A stretch of 46,106 nt of DNA from a virus (lineage: Duplodnaviria; Heunggongvirae; Uroviricota; Caudoviricetes): the IMG/VR virus record IMGVR_UViG_2563366942_000012. One strand, written 5' to 3'. A program made the position numbers and the translations under genes. This document shows positions 36,230-46,106 of this stretch, piece by piece. Under the pieces are notes generated by a model, which did no database searches, was not told the origin of the DNA, and was given only the letters and a program-made list of their open reading frames with translations. How positions within the stretch are numbered: position 1 is the stretch's first letter; every line of letters begins with the position of its first letter.

Positions 36230-36973
36230 ATGACACAGACAGAATCAGCGATTCTGGCGCACGCCCGGCGATGTGCGCCAGCGGAGTCGTGCGGCTTCGT
36301 GGTAAGCACGCCGGAGGGGGAAAGATATTTCCCCTGCGTGAATATCTCCGGTGAGCCGGAGGCGTATTTCCGTATGTCGCCGGAAGACTGGCTGCAGGCA
36401 GAAATGCAGGGTGAGATTGTGGCGCTGGTCCACAGCCACCCCGGTGGTCTGCCCTGGCTGAGTGAGGCCGACCGGCGGCTGCAGGTGCAGAGTGATTTGC
36501 CGTGGTGGCTGGTCTGCCGGGGGACGATTCATAAGTTCCGCTGTGTGCCGCATCTCACCGGGCGGCGCTTTGAGCACGGTGTGACGGACTGTTACACACT
36601 GTTCCGGGATGCTTATCATCTGGCGGGGATTGAGATGCCGGACTTTTATCGTGAGGATGACTGGTGGCGTAACGGCCAGAATCTCTATCTGGATAATCTG
36701 GAGGCGACGGGGCTGTATCAGGTGCCGTTGTCAGCGGCACAGCCGGGCGATGTGCTGCTGTGCTGTTTTGGTTCATCAGTGCCGAATCACGCCGCAATTT
36801 ACTGCGGCGACGGCGAGCTGCTGCACCATATTCCTGAACAACTGAGCAAACGAGAGAGGTACACCGACAAATGGCAGCGACGCACACACTCCCTCTGGCG
36901 TCACCGGGCATGGCGCGCATCTGCCTTTACGGGGATTTACAACGATTTGGTCGCCGCATCGACCTTCGTGTGA
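36230..36973 (+). CDS. K: Tail assembly protein gpK (NlpC/P60- and JAB-like)
   Basis: 247 aa at the lambda K position; HSHP metalloprotease-like motif and conserved Cys/His. Confidence 0.85.
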   Translation: MTQTESAILAHARRCAPAESCGFVVSTPEGERYFPCVNISGEPEAYFRMSPEDWLQAEMQGEIVALVHSHPGGLPWLSEADRRLQVQSDLPWWLVCRGTIHKFRCVPHLTGRRFEHGVTDCYTLFRDAYHLAGIEMPDFYREDDWWRNGQNLYLDNLEATGLYQVPLSAAQPGDVLLCCFGSSVPNHAAIYCGDGELLHHIPEQLSKRERYTDKWQRRTHSLWRHRAWRASAFTGIYNDLVAASTFV

Positions 36974-37542
36974 AAACGGGGGCTGAAGCCATCCGGGCAC
37001 TGGCCACACAGCTCCCGGCGTTTCGTCAGAAACTGAGCGACGGCTGGTATCAGGTACGGATTGCCGGGCGGGATGTCAGCACGTCCGGGTTAACGGCGCA
37101 GTTACATGAGACTCTGCCTGATGGCGCTGTGATTCATATTGTTCCCAGAGTCGCCGGGGCCAAGTCAGGTGGCGTATTCCAGATTGTCCTGGGGGCTGCC
37201 GCCATTGCCGGATCATTCTTTACCGCCGGAGCCACCCTTGCAGCATGGGGGGCAGACATTGGGGCCGGTGGTATGACCGGCATCCTGTTTTCTCTCGGTG
37301 CCAGTATGGTGCTCGGTGGTGTGGCGCAGATGCTGGCACCGAAAGCCAGAACTCCCCGTACACAGACAACGGATAACGGTAAGCAGAACACCTATTTCTC
37401 CTCACTGGATAACATGGTTGCCCAGGGCAATGTTCTGCCTGTTCTGTACGGGGAAATGCGCGTGGGGTCTCGCGTGGTTTCTCAGGAGATCAGCACGGCA
37501 GACGAAGGGGATGGTGGTCAGGTTGTGGTGATTGGTCGCTGA
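36871..37542 (+). CDS. I: Tail assembly protein gpI
   Basis: 223 aa overlapping the 3' end of K; glycine-rich hydrophobic C-terminal half. Confidence 0.8.
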   Translation: MAATHTLPLASPGMARICLYGDLQRFGRRIDLRVKTGAEAIRALATQLPAFRQKLSDGWYQVRIAGRDVSTSGLTAQLHETLPDGAVIHIVPRVAGAKSGGVFQIVLGAAAIAGSFFTAGATLAAWGADIGAGGMTGILFSLGASMVLGGVAQMLAPKARTPRTQTTDNGKQNTYFSSLDNMVAQGNVLPVLYGEMRVGSRVVSQEISTADEGDGGQVVVIGR

Positions 37543-37602
37543 TGCAAAACATTTTATGTGAAACCGCCTGCGGGCGGTTTTGTCGTTTATGGAGCATGAC
37601 GA

Positions 37603-40600
37603 ATGGGTAAAGGCAGCAGTAAGGGGCATACCCCGCGCGAAGCGAAGGACAACCTGAAATCCACGCAGTTGCTGAGTGTGATCGATGCCATCAGCGAAGG
37701 GCCGATAGAAGGTCCGGTGGATGGATTAAAAAGCGTGCTGCTGAACAGTACGCCGGTGCTGGACAGTGAGGGGAATACCAACATCGCCGGTGTCACGGTG
37801 GTGTTCCTGGCTGGTGAGCAGGAGCAGACTCCGCCGGAGGGATTTGAATCCTCCGGCTCCGAGAAGGTGCTGGGTACGGAAGTGAAATACGACACGCCGA
37901 TCATCCGGACCATCACGTCTGCAAACATCGACCGTCTGCGTTTTACCTTCGGTGTGCAGGCTCTGGTGGAAACCACCTCAAAAGGGGACCGGAATCCATC
38001 GGAAGTCCGCCTGCTGGTTCAGATACAACGTAACGGTGGCTGGGTGACGGAAAAAGACATCACCATTAAGGGCAAAACCACCTCGCAGTATCTGGCATCG
38101 GTAGTGGTGGATAACCTGCCGCCGCGCCCGTTTAATATCCGGATGCGCAGGATGACGCCGGACAGCACCACAGACCAGCTGCAGAACAAAACGCTCTGGT
38201 CGTCATACACCGAAATCATCGATGTGAAACAGTGCTACCCGAACACGGCACTGGTCGGCGTGCAGGTGGAGTCGGAACAGTTCGGCAGTCAGCAGGTGAG
38301 CCGTAATTATCATCTTCGCGGGCGTATTCTGCAGGTGCCGTCGAACTATAACCCGCAGACGCGGCAATACAGCGGTATCTGGGACGGAACGTTTAAGCCA
38401 GCATACAGCAACAACATGGCCTGGTGTCTGTGGGATATGCTGACCCATCCGCGCTACGGCATGGGGAAACGTCTTGGTGCGGCGGATGTGGATAAATGGG
38501 CGCTGTATGTCATCGGCCAGAATTGCGACCAGTCGGTGCCGGATGGCTTTGGTGGCACGGAGCCGCGCATCACCTGTAATGCGTACATGACCACGCAGCG
38601 CAAGGCGTGGGATGTGCTCAGTGATTTCTGCTCGGCGATGCGCTGTATGCCGGTATGGAACGGGCAGACGCTGACGTTCGTGCAGGACCGACCATCAGAT
38701 AAGGTGTGGACCTATAACCGCAGTAATGTGGTGATGCCGGATGATGGCGCGCCGTTCCGCTACAGCTTCAGCGCCCTGAAGGACCGCCATAATGCCGTTG
38801 AGGTGAACTGGATTGACCCGAATAATGGCTGGGAGACGGCGACAGAGCTTGTTGAAGATACGCAGGCCATTGCCCGTTACGGTCGTAACGTCACGAAGAT
38901 GGATGCTTTTGGCTGTACCAGTCGGGGGCAGGCACACAGAGCCGGGCTGTGGCTGATTAAAACGGAACTGCTGGAAACGCAGACCGTGGACTTCAGCGTG
39001 GGTGCCGAAGGGCTTCGCCATGTGCCGGGCGATGTCATTGAAATCTGTGATGATGACTATGCCGGTATCAGCACCGGTGGTCGTGTGCTGGCGGTGAACA
39101 GCCAGACGCGGACGCTGACGCTCGACCGTGAAATCACGCTGCCATCCTCCGGTACCACGCTGATAAGCCTGGTTGACGGACAGGGGAATCCGGTCAGCGT
39201 GGAGGTTCAGTCCGTCACCGACGGCGTGAAGGTAAAAGTGAGCCGTGTTCCTGACGGCGTTGCTGAATACAGCGTGTGGGGGCTGAAGCTGCCGACGCTG
39301 CGCCAGCGCCTGTTCCGCTGCGTGAGTATCCGTGAGAACGACAACGGCACGTATGCCATCACCGCCGTGCAGCATGTGCCGGAGAAAGAGGCCATCGTGG
39401 ATAACGGGGCGCACTTTGACGGCGACCAGAGCGGCACGGTGAACGGGGTCACACCGCCAGCAGTGCAGCATCTGACTGCCGAAGTCACCGCAGACAGCGG
39501 GGAATACCAGGTGCTGGCGCGCTGGGATACGCCGAAGGTGGTGAAGGGCGTGAGCTTTATGCTTCGTCTGACCGTGGCAGCGGATGACGGCAGTGAGCGG
39601 CTGGTCAGCACGGCCAGGACGACGGAAACCACATACCGCTTCACGCAACTGGCGCTGGGAAACTACAGGCTGACAGTCCGGGCGGCAAATGCCTGGGGGC
39701 AGCAGGGCGATCCGGCATCGGTATCGTTCCGGATTGCCGCACCGGCAGCGCCGTCGCGGATTGAGCTGACGCCGGGCTATTTTCAGATAACCGCCACGCC
39801 GTATCTTGCCGTTTATGATCCGACGGTACAGTTTGAGTTCTGGTTCTCGGAAACGCGGATTACCGATATCAGGCAGGTTGAAACCACAGCCCGCTACCTT
39901 GGCACGGGGCTGTACTGGATAGCCGCCAGTATCAATATCAAACCGGGCCATGATTATTACTTTTATATCCGCAGTGTGAACACCGTTGGCAAATCGGCAT
40001 TCGTGGAGGCCGTCGGTCGGGCGAGCGATGATGCGGAAGGTTACCTGGATTTTTTCAAAGGCAAGATAACCGAATCCCATCTCGGTAAAGAGCTGCTGAA
40101 AAAAGTCGACCTGACGGAGGATAACGCCAGCAGACTGGATGAGTTTTCGAAAGAGTGGAAGGACGCTAACGATAAATGGAATGCTATGTGGGGCGTCAAA
40201 ATTGAGCAGACCAAAGACGGCAAACATTATGTCGCGGGTATTGGCCTCAGCATGGAGGACACGGAGGAAGGCAAGCTGAGCCAGTTTCTGGTTGCCGCCA
40301 ATCGTATCGCGTTTATTGACCCGGCAAACGGGAATGAAACGCCGATGTTTGTGGCGCAGGGCAACCAGATATTCATGAACGACGTGTTCCTGAAACGCCT
40401 GACGGCTCCCACCATTACCAGCGGTGGAAATCCGCCGGCATTTTCCCTGACACCGGACGGAAAGCTGACCGCTAAAAATGCGGATATCAGCGGTAATGTG
40501 AATGCAAATTCAGGGACGCTCAACAACGTCACGATTAACGAGAACTGTCGGGTTCTGGGAAAACTGTCCGCGAACCAGATTGAAGGCGATCTCGTTAAAA

Positions 40601-40998
40601 CAGTGGGCAAAGCTTTCCCCCGGGACTCCCGTGCACCGGAGCGGTGGCCATCAGGGACCATTACCGTCAGGGTTTATGACGATCAGCCGTTTGACCGGCA
40701 AATTGTTATTCCTGCGGTGGCTTTCAGCGGTGCCAGACATGAGCGGGAGAATAGCGATACTTATTCGTCATGCCGCCTGATAGTGAAGAAAAACGGGGCT
40801 GAAATTTATAACCGAACGGCTCTGGATAATACGCTGATATACACGGGTGTTATTGATATGCCTGCAGGCAGTGGCGTAATGACACTGGAGTTTTCTGTAT
40901 CAGCATGGTGGGTAAATGGTTGGTATCCCACAGCAAGTATCAGCGATTTGCTGGTTGTTGTGATGAAGAAAGCCACTGCAGGCATCACGATTAGCTGA
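37603..40998 (+). CDS. J: Host specificity / central tail fibre protein gpJ
   Basis: 1131 aa; size, position and fibronectin-III-like middle region match lambda J. Confidence 0.9.
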   Translation: MGKGSSKGHTPREAKDNLKSTQLLSVIDAISEGPIEGPVDGLKSVLLNSTPVLDSEGNTNIAGVTVVFLAGEQEQTPPEGFESSGSEKVLGTEVKYDTPIIRTITSANIDRLRFTFGVQALVETTSKGDRNPSEVRLLVQIQRNGGWVTEKDITIKGKTTSQYLASVVVDNLPPRPFNIRMRRMTPDSTTDQLQNKTLWSSYTEIIDVKQCYPNTALVGVQVESEQFGSQQVSRNYHLRGRILQVPSNYNPQTRQYSGIWDGTFKPAYSNNMAWCLWDMLTHPRYGMGKRLGAADVDKWALYVIGQNCDQSVPDGFGGTEPRITCNAYMTTQRKAWDVLSDFCSAMRCMPVWNGQTLTFVQDRPSDKVWTYNRSNVVMPDDGAPFRYSFSALKDRHNAVEVNWIDPNNGWETATELVEDTQAIARYGRNVTKMDAFGCTSRGQAHRAGLWLIKTELLETQTVDFSVGAEGLRHVPGDVIEICDDDYAGISTGGRVLAVNSQTRTLTLDREITLPSSGTTLISLVDGQGNPVSVEVQSVTDGVKVKVSRVPDGVAEYSVWGLKLPTLRQRLFRCVSIRENDNGTYAITAVQHVPEKEAIVDNGAHFDGDQSGTVNGVTPPAVQHLTAEVTADSGEYQVLARWDTPKVVKGVSFMLRLTVAADDGSERLVSTARTTETTYRFTQLALGNYRLTVRAANAWGQQGDPASVSFRIAAPAAPSRIELTPGYFQITATPYLAVYDPTVQFEFWFSETRITDIRQVETTARYLGTGLYWIAASINIKPGHDYYFYIRSVNTVGKSAFVEAVGRASDDAEGYLDFFKGKITESHLGKELLKKVDLTEDNASRLDEFSKEWKDANDKWNAMWGVKIEQTKDGKHYVAGIGLSMEDTEEGKLSQFLVAANRIAFIDPANGNETPMFVAQGNQIFMNDVFLKRLTAPTITSGGNPPAFSLTPDGKLTAKNADISGNVNANSGTLNNVTINENCRVLGKLSANQIEGDLVKTVGKAFPRDSRAPERWPSGTITVRVYDDQPFDRQIVIPAVAFSGARHERENSDTYSSCRLIVKKNGAEIYNRTALDNTLIYTGVIDMPAGSGVMTLEFSVSAWWVNGWYPTASISDLLVVVMKKATAGITIS

Positions 40999-41015
40999 AT
41001 TTTATAACCCAGATA

Positions 41016-41045
41016 CGGGCGCCAGAAATGGCGCCTTTTTTATTG
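41016..41045 (+). terminator. Rho-independent terminator after J
   Basis: GGCGCC-AGAAAT-GGCGCC hairpin followed by TTTTTT. Confidence 0.7.
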
Positions 41046-41065
41046 CAGAAAAGCGAGAGGTAATT

Positions 41066-41665
41066 ATGCGTAAATTATGTGCTGTTATTCTGTCCGCAGT
41101 AGTCTGGCTGGTTGCCGCTGGTACGCCAGCGAGTGCAGCAGAGCATCAGTCCACACTAAGCTCCGGGTATATTCAGTCCCATACTGATATGCCCGGCAAC
41201 GATGACCTGAAGGGCATTAACGTGAAATACCGTTATGAATTTACGGACACGCTGGGGCTGGTGACGTCATTCAGTTATGCTGGAGACAAGAATCGCCAGA
41301 TTACCCGTTACAGTGATACCCGCTGGCATGAAGATTCAGTGCGTAACCGCTGGTTCAGCATGATGGCGGGGCCATCTGTGCGCGTGAATGAGTGGTTCAG
41401 CGCATATGCGATGGCGGGTGTGGCTTACAGCCGTGTTTCGACTTTCTCCGGGGATTATCTCCGCGTAACTGACAACAAGGGGAAAACGCACGATGTGCTG
41501 ACCGCAAGTGATGATGGTCGCCACAGTAACACGTCTCTGGCGTGGGGGGCTGGCGTGCAGTTTAACCCGACCGAATCCGTGGCCATTGATATTGCTTATG
41601 AAGGCTCCGGCAGTGGTGACTGGCGCACTGACGGTTTTATCGTGGGTGTCGGTTATAAATTCTGA
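41066..41665 (+). CDS. lom: Lom outer membrane protein (Ail/Lom family)
   Basis: 199 aa with signal peptide and beta-barrel pattern ending in aromatic residue; bracketed by terminators (moron arrangement). Confidence 0.85.
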   Translation: MRKLCAVILSAVVWLVAAGTPASAAEHQSTLSSGYIQSHTDMPGNDDLKGINVKYRYEFTDTLGLVTSFSYAGDKNRQITRYSDTRWHEDSVRNRWFSMMAGPSVRVNEWFSAYAMAGVAYSRVSTFSGDYLRVTDNKGKTHDVLTASDDGRHSNTSLAWGAGVQFNPTESVAIDIAYEGSGSGDWRTDGFIVGVGYKF

Positions 41666-41677
41666 TTAGCAGTGTTA

Positions 41678-41710
41678 TGACAGCCCGCATATTCTGGCGG
41701 GCTTTTTTGT
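41678..41710 (+). terminator. Rho-independent terminator after lom
   Basis: CAGCCCGC-ATATTCTG-GCGGGCTT hairpin followed by TTTTT. Confidence 0.7.
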
Positions 41711-41713
41711 GGG

Positions 41714-43549
41714 GTGGATATGGCAGCAGTAAAAATCTCAGGTGTGCTGAAAGATGGTGCGGGAAAACCAATACAGAACTGCACTATTCAACTGAAGGCA
41801 AAACGTAACAGCACAACGGTTGTGGTGAACACGGTGGCCTCAGAAAATCCGGATGAAGCCGGGCGTTACAGTATGGATGTTGAGTATGGCCAGTACAGCG
41901 TTATCCTGCTGGTTGAAGGTTTTCCGCCTTCACATGCCGGGACCATTACCGTTTATGAAGGTTCCAGACCAGGTACGCTGAATGATTTTCTGACTGCCCC
42001 CGACGAAGGCGACCTGAAGCCAGATGTGGTGAAACGATTTGAAGATTTGACAAGTCAGGCGCGACGAAGTGCAGATGTGGCAATATCAGCGACAAAAAGG
42101 GCAGAAGCGTTACTGTCTGAAATGCAGGGAATAGCCGATAGTTTTCCCGGTTTGCGCTTTGAGAACTTTGACGACATCGTGAGTCGTTGCACTACTGCAA
42201 TGTTAAAACTGGAACAACCCGAGGTTGTTGATACATCAATATCTTTAAAAATAAAAGAAAATATCGATTTTAATTATGTCGGTGCAGTTAACGGATATTG
42301 CGATATTTCTGAACCAGAAAAGTATAAAGTCGAAATGTATGCTTATACAACCGGAGAGTATTTTAACGGCGACGCTAATTTGAATAGTGACGGAACTTTC
42401 TATTTCAGACGTTGCTGGACGGGAGCAAAACAGTTTCGTCTTATTCGGATTGAGGATAATGCGTGGATCACAACGCTGGAGTTTCCACTGCTCATTCGTA
42501 GCTACTGGATGCCGGAGGACGCAGACCCCGAAGTGATCAGGGTGATGAAAGATCGGTGTTACACGTATGACCAGGCGCTGGCAGCACTGGCGTTGATGGT
42601 TCAGCGACATGAGGCTGTAGAAAGATACGTTGCGGGCTTGTGTGCGCTTGTTGATGAAAACGGTGGAGTAAAGTTTTTTGTTAACAGGCTGTCTGCCATG
42701 TCACCGCGTACCTATTACCGCTTGGGCAATGCGGCATGGGTTTATTATGCTCTTGCTTTCTATCTGGAGAAGTATCCGGACGGTACTCAGACTGCGCGGG
42801 TCAGAGAAAAGCTATTGGCAGGCATTGCCTGGCTGGATACTTTTCTGGTGAGCACACCAGGCGACCTGCGTGAAGGCCTGTATAAAGGGGGGCAGGGGCG
42901 TTATGTGGACGGCAATTTTGATGAAACTTTCGTCGCCGAATGGTGCGCACTGGAGCATAACGTTGATATCTGGTTTTTGTTTGAACTGATGGGACGGCTG
43001 GGATTTGACGGTTTCAGTGAGCGGGCTGACAGGCTGGCAAAGAGTATCATCAGAGGTCTGTGGGTGGAAGATGAAGGCCGATTTCGACAGGGGGTTCATT
43101 CAACCCACTATGACAACGCAGCGGCGCTGGATCAGTCTTCCTGGGGCGGATTGTTTGTTGCCAATATTGATGCTGAGAAAGCGGCTAAGTGCCGAAAATA
43201 TATGGGGCGTTTTTTATTTGGTACGAGGGAAACCACGGGTTACACACCGTACCACCCTGATTATGGTTATAGTGGTCACAGCCGTGGCGTGTGGGTGGAA
43301 GGAACGGCAGGTGTGGCACTTTTTGAGCGCAAGCTGGGTAATGAGCTGAATGCGGTGAATCTTGTGGCAGCAATGGCTCCACTTTTTAATGAGTACGGTT
43401 ATCGTGATTCTTGCGATAACCTGGCATACGATGTGCTGCCTTCCTGGCCATCAACAACAAACACTGCCTGGATCATTCTGGCTGTAAAGCCAGATAATTT
43501 CTGGTTAGTGGATTCGCCAGAAATGGATGTAGGGACAATCCGCTATTGA
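41714..43549 (+). CDS. Chimeric side-tail-fibre-like protein: lambda Stf-like N-terminal domain fused to a non-fibre C-terminal domain, possibly an (alpha/alpha)-barrel glycan-active enzyme
   Basis: N-terminal 110 aa nearly identical to remembered lambda Stf (AVKISGVLKDGAGKPIQNCTIQLKAKRNSTTVVVN...); remainder lacks fibre repeats and is rich in Trp/Tyr helical segments; AT-rich junction at 42230..42450. Confidence 0.6.
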   Translation: MDMAAVKISGVLKDGAGKPIQNCTIQLKAKRNSTTVVVNTVASENPDEAGRYSMDVEYGQYSVILLVEGFPPSHAGTITVYEGSRPGTLNDFLTAPDEGDLKPDVVKRFEDLTSQARRSADVAISATKRAEALLSEMQGIADSFPGLRFENFDDIVSRCTTAMLKLEQPEVVDTSISLKIKENIDFNYVGAVNGYCDISEPEKYKVEMYAYTTGEYFNGDANLNSDGTFYFRRCWTGAKQFRLIRIEDNAWITTLEFPLLIRSYWMPEDADPEVIRVMKDRCYTYDQALAALALMVQRHEAVERYVAGLCALVDENGGVKFFVNRLSAMSPRTYYRLGNAAWVYYALAFYLEKYPDGTQTARVREKLLAGIAWLDTFLVSTPGDLREGLYKGGQGRYVDGNFDETFVAEWCALEHNVDIWFLFELMGRLGFDGFSERADRLAKSIIRGLWVEDEGRFRQGVHSTHYDNAAALDQSSWGGLFVANIDAEKAAKCRKYMGRFLFGTRETTGYTPYHPDYGYSGHSRGVWVEGTAGVALFERKLGNELNAVNLVAAMAPLFNEYGYRDSCDNLAYDVLPSWPSTTNTAWIILAVKPDNFWLVDSPEMDVGTIRY

Positions 43550-43610
43550 CTCTCTTGTTGTTTGATAAACCGACAAAAGGATAAATATCAGCGATCCATT
43601 CTGTGCTGTT

Positions 43611-43675
43611 TGATTGTGCGCTCCCCGCTCAGAATTGCGCGTCAATTAGCCTATAAAAAATCGCGAAGATACAAT
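43611..43675 (+). repeat. About 65 bp element, copy A (repeated at 45435..45500)
   Basis: TGTGCGCTCCCCGC(T/C)CAG(A/C)ATTGCGCGTCAATTAGCC followed by an A-run and ACAAT; the two copies bracket the tfa/methyltransferase cargo block. Confidence 0.6.
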
Positions 43676-43876
43676 ACGTACTTCATTGCGCTTGAACACC
43701 CCAGGCATAATATCGCTGGATTGAAATGTTCGGACATGGCAAGCGAATGAATATGCCGTGGTGGGGCGGTTTTGATCCGCGCGCGTGGGATGTGGCAAGC
43801 CTGATGGATTTTGCTGTGCCGGTGGTGGCGTGTCTGCTGGTCTGGCTGTTGGTTAATCGTGGGTGAAAAAAGGTGA

Positions 43877-44005
43877 GCTGTATATGCAACGGAGGAAGAA
43901 ACCTCGTTGCTGGAAGCCTGGAAAAAGTATCGGGTGTTGCTGAACCGTGTTGATACATCAACTGCACCTGATATTGAGTGGCCTGTGAACCCTGTCAGGG
44001 AGTAA
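43877..44005 (+). pseudogene. Remnant of tail fibre assembly gene tfa (C-terminal 42 codons, no start)
   Basis: Encodes ...[39 protein letters not shown], matching the lambda Tfa C-terminus; the frame opens directly after an in-frame stop. Confidence 0.7.
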
Positions 44006-44059
44006 TCATTGGGATTATGCCGCAGCACGTCTTAAGCAAGAACGTGCTGCGGTTGGATG

Positions 44060-44728
44060 CTATTTTTTCCCTGAAGCGGAAAACATTACTACAGTACCTT
44101 GAACCTTGGTTTTAACATTCTCGAAATGCTCTGAGAGTATATGTGTTAAGCCTTCTTCGGAATCTTTTGTGTTTGAAAAGATGCCTTTCTGATTGTAAAT
44201 GCGCATCAGTTTTTGACCGAAGCTATTGTGCACAACTCCATCGCCAAGAATTGTGGCTCCGTATAGAGTTCCATCGTCAGTTAAGGCCTGCGCCGCATTG
44301 CGTATTACACAGCTTTTTGTAGATATATTTCCAGGCAGGCAGTGAAGAAGGTAAAACATGGAAATGGAATCAAATTGACCATGTAACGTCGCGGGATAAG
44401 GTTCAAAAACATCATGGCTAATTTTATGTTTAATTTTTGATTCCCCAGCCCTTGTAGATGCCGCGTTCAGGCTAGCTTCGTTCAAATCCATTAAAGATAT
44501 CAGACTACTCTCAGGTACGTGAGTAAGGTAAAACCCAGTTCCAACACCAATATCCAGATGGTTGTTACCTAAATGTTCCAGAAAGTGTGGAAGAAGGTGT
44601 TCCTTTGTAGGACATCCCCATGCAAGCCGATTTGATACTCCCAAAACCCACCAGTCATAAAGCTTTAGGGTAAGTGGTGTGTAAATTTTAGCCCCATCAT
44701 CTGTGTTTTTTTTCATTAATTTCACCAT
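44060..44728 (-). CDS. Class I SAM-dependent methyltransferase (cargo gene)
   Basis: 222 aa with AdoMet-binding motif I DIGVGTGFY and acidic motif-II-like LMDLNE; AT-rich codon usage unlike the flanking phage genes; flanked by direct repeats of the tfa 3' end. Confidence 0.65.
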   Translation of the reverse strand: MVKLMKKNTDDGAKIYTPLTLKLYDWWVLGVSNRLAWGCPTKEHLLPHFLEHLGNNHLDIGVGTGFYLTHVPESSLISLMDLNEASLNAASTRAGESKIKHKISHDVFEPYPATLHGQFDSISMFYLLHCLPGNISTKSCVIRNAAQALTDDGTLYGATILGDGVVHNSFGQKLMRIYNQKGIFSNTKDSEEGLTHILSEHFENVKTKVQGTVVMFSASGKK

Positions 44729-44784
44729 GTTATAGTTTTATTTGTGAATTAAATCAATTATGGCGATGAATTACAAGGGGTTAA

Positions 44785-45054
44785 ATGCTGCCGCAGCATA
44801 GCGATATTGAAATAGCCTGGTATGCTTCGATACAGCAGGAGCCGAATGGCTGGAAGACCGTCACCACACAGTTCTACATCCAGGAATTCAGTGAGTATAT
44901 TGCGCCACTGCAGGATGCTGTAGATCTGGAAATCGCAACGGAGGAAGAAAGATCGTTGCTGGAGGCATGGAATAAATATCGGGTATTGTTGAATCGTGTT
45001 GATACATCAACTGCACCTGATATTGAGTGGCCTGCAAATCCTGTCAGGGAGTAA
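44785..45054 (+). CDS. Truncated tail fibre assembly protein (Tfa C-terminal half)
   Basis: 89 aa; C-terminal 50 residues match lambda Tfa ([51 protein letters not shown]); about half the length of full Tfa, so possibly non-functional. Confidence 0.55.
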   Translation: MLPQHSDIEIAWYASIQQEPNGWKTVTTQFYIQEFSEYIAPLQDAVDLEIATEEERSLLEAWNKYRVLLNRVDTSTAPDIEWPANPVRE

Positions 45055-45434
45055 TCATTGGGATTATGCCGCAGACACGTCGTATGCAGGAACGTGCTGC
45101 GGTTAGTTTGTGAGCTTTCGATAGTGGTTGTTATTTTTGCCCTTATTTGTTCCGGAGGCCCTGGTTCAATGGTCCGTCTGCCCCCTGTGGTGATGTCAGC
45201 AAAATCAGCCACTGCGCGAACCACAATAGCCCGGGAAGATGCTGAAGATCACCAGGTAAAGCTGTCAGCGCAGAAACTGGAAGAACTGCTCGCATCAATG
45301 GTTAAGGATGAGGTTGATCGCAATGATGGGATTTATTGACGTCAGCGAGAGCAGAAGGAAGAACTGAATAACCTGAATGATTTACGCTCAATCAGAGCGA
45401 TGATGATTGGCAGTAATTAGCGGTCAATTTCGGT

Positions 45435-45500
45435 TTTTTTGGCTGTGCGCTCCCCGCCCAGCATTGCGCGTCAATTAGCCCCAAAAAAACGAAAAAGTTA
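45435..45500 (+). repeat. About 65 bp element, copy B
   Basis: Direct repeat of 43611..43675 located in the AT-rich arm just inside the right prophage junction. Confidence 0.6.
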
Positions 45501-45651
45501 CAATCAAGTAAAAAATCCCTTCTGCAAAACTAAAAAAGATTTCAATAAAATCAGACAGTTAAAAACATAAAAAAAAGGTACAAAAAAGCATCTCAAAGTC
45601 TTGTTTTTTGCTTCAAATACAATTGGTTATTGTGTTTTTTGAAACCTACCA

Positions 45652-45768
45652 GTGTGGTACATGGATATCGATACCACCGCCAATTATAAACTGGGCGGTG
45701 CACAGCAACACGATAGCGTACGCCTCGATCCGTGGGTGTTTATGTTCTCAGCAGGATATCGTTTTTAA
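45652..45768 (+). pseudogene. ompW: ompW 3'-terminal fragment at the right prophage junction (attR-associated)
   Basis: Encodes ...WYMDIDTTANYKLGGAQQHDSVRLDPWVFMFSAGYRF-stop, matching the OmpW C-terminus, with no upstream ORF; preceded by AT-rich phage-arm DNA. Confidence 0.65.
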
Positions 45769-45827
45769 TTCCGCACAAAAACGACCCCGTAATATACGGG
45801 GTCAATAAGGACATGGTATAAAGGGTA

Positions 45828-46106
45828 TTATTTCTTCGCTTCTACGCCATCAGTTTCAGAGCGAATTAAAAATTTCTCAGTTGTTTGCGGAATATGCTGA
45901 ATCAGCCAGTCGGCCATTTGCTTTTCCTCATTTAAAATCGCTTCGATGGTTGGAATTGAAGCTGTATCACCGGCATTTTTTGCTGCTGCTAAGAGTGAGG
46001 TGTAACAGGCGATTTCAAATTGCTCGAAGACATATCCGCTAATAGAGCCTTTGACTATTTCATCAGAAGGAAATATACCACCGATTGACTGCCCAAGCGC
46101 AGCCAT
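45828..46106 (-). CDS. yciE: Host gene yciE (ferritin-like DUF892 protein); 5' end truncated by the window edge
   Basis: 92 aa C-terminal portion ...AALGQSIGGIFPSDEIVKGSISGYVFEQFEIACYTSLLAAAKNAGD... matches remembered E. coli YciE; hairpin terminator downstream on the minus strand at about 45781..45805. Confidence 0.7.
   Translation of the reverse strand: MAALGQSIGGIFPSDEIVKGSISGYVFEQFEIACYTSLLAAAKNAGDTASIPTIEAILNEEKQMADWLIQHIPQTTEKFLIRSETDGVEAKK

Larger units (their letters stand above)
1..45770. mobile_element. Lambdoid prophage, near-complete; left attachment site lies outside the window
   Basis: Contiguous integration, immunity, replication, nin, lysis, cos, head and tail modules in canonical lambdoid order; right end abuts an ompW 3' fragment and host yciE. 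Right boundary is approximate. Confidence 0.85.

Noticed and set aside
38695-40227. 510 aa minus-strand ORF inside the J gene
   Set aside because: Lies entirely antisense to a region with strong lambda gpJ similarity; long antisense ORFs are common in GC-rich coding DNA, and no motif or ribosome-binding site supports it.
43651-44028. 125 aa minus-strand ORF (and its twin at 44874..45224)
   Set aside because: Both are the reverse complement of the duplicated tfa 3' ends; identical artefact ORFs appear at both repeat copies.
45608-45808. 66 aa plus-strand ORF near the right junction
   Set aside because: Overlaps the ompW 3' fragment in another frame and the yciE terminator; no coding support.
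1-46106. CRISPR arrays, IS elements, and canonical defence systems (restriction endonuclease, reverse transcriptase/retron, CBASS-like cyclase, Abi ATPases)
   Set aside because: No short direct-repeat/spacer array, no transposase-like ORF, and no ORF with motifs of these families was seen; the only defence-like elements are hok, dicB/dicF and the orphan methyltransferases.

Overview
This window is an almost complete lambdoid prophage with a lambda-type head and tail, ending at the right host junction (an ompW 3' fragment and yciE). Gene order left to right: integrase and excisionase; a leftward early operon with a large DnaQ-like exonuclease, dicB and the DicF sRNA; a cI-like/Cro-like immunity switch; an O-like replication initiator with internal iterons and a DnaC-like loader; a nin-type region carrying a QueH-like epoxyqueuosine reductase, a Hok-family toxin, a large protein with an HNH-like C-terminus, rusA and a Q-like antiterminator; a late regulatory region laid out as in Stx phages (orphan DNA methyltransferase, three tRNAs, NanS-p esterase) but with no stx genes; a lysis cassette with a phage-21-type holin, SAR endolysin and Rz/Rz1; a cos site; lambda-like Nu1 through J; lom; and a mosaic tail-fibre/cargo region. 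I did not recognise any canonical multi-gene defence system (no CRISPR, reverse transcriptase, cyclase or restriction endonuclease). The unexplained features most worth follow-up are a duplicated, highly structured terminator-bearing element sitting where Stx phages carry stx, a chimeric tail-fibre protein with a non-fibre C-terminal domain, a methyltransferase cargo gene flanked by direct repeats, and small inserted ORFs in the lysis cassette. All calls rest on reading the sequence and remembered family features; no database search was run.
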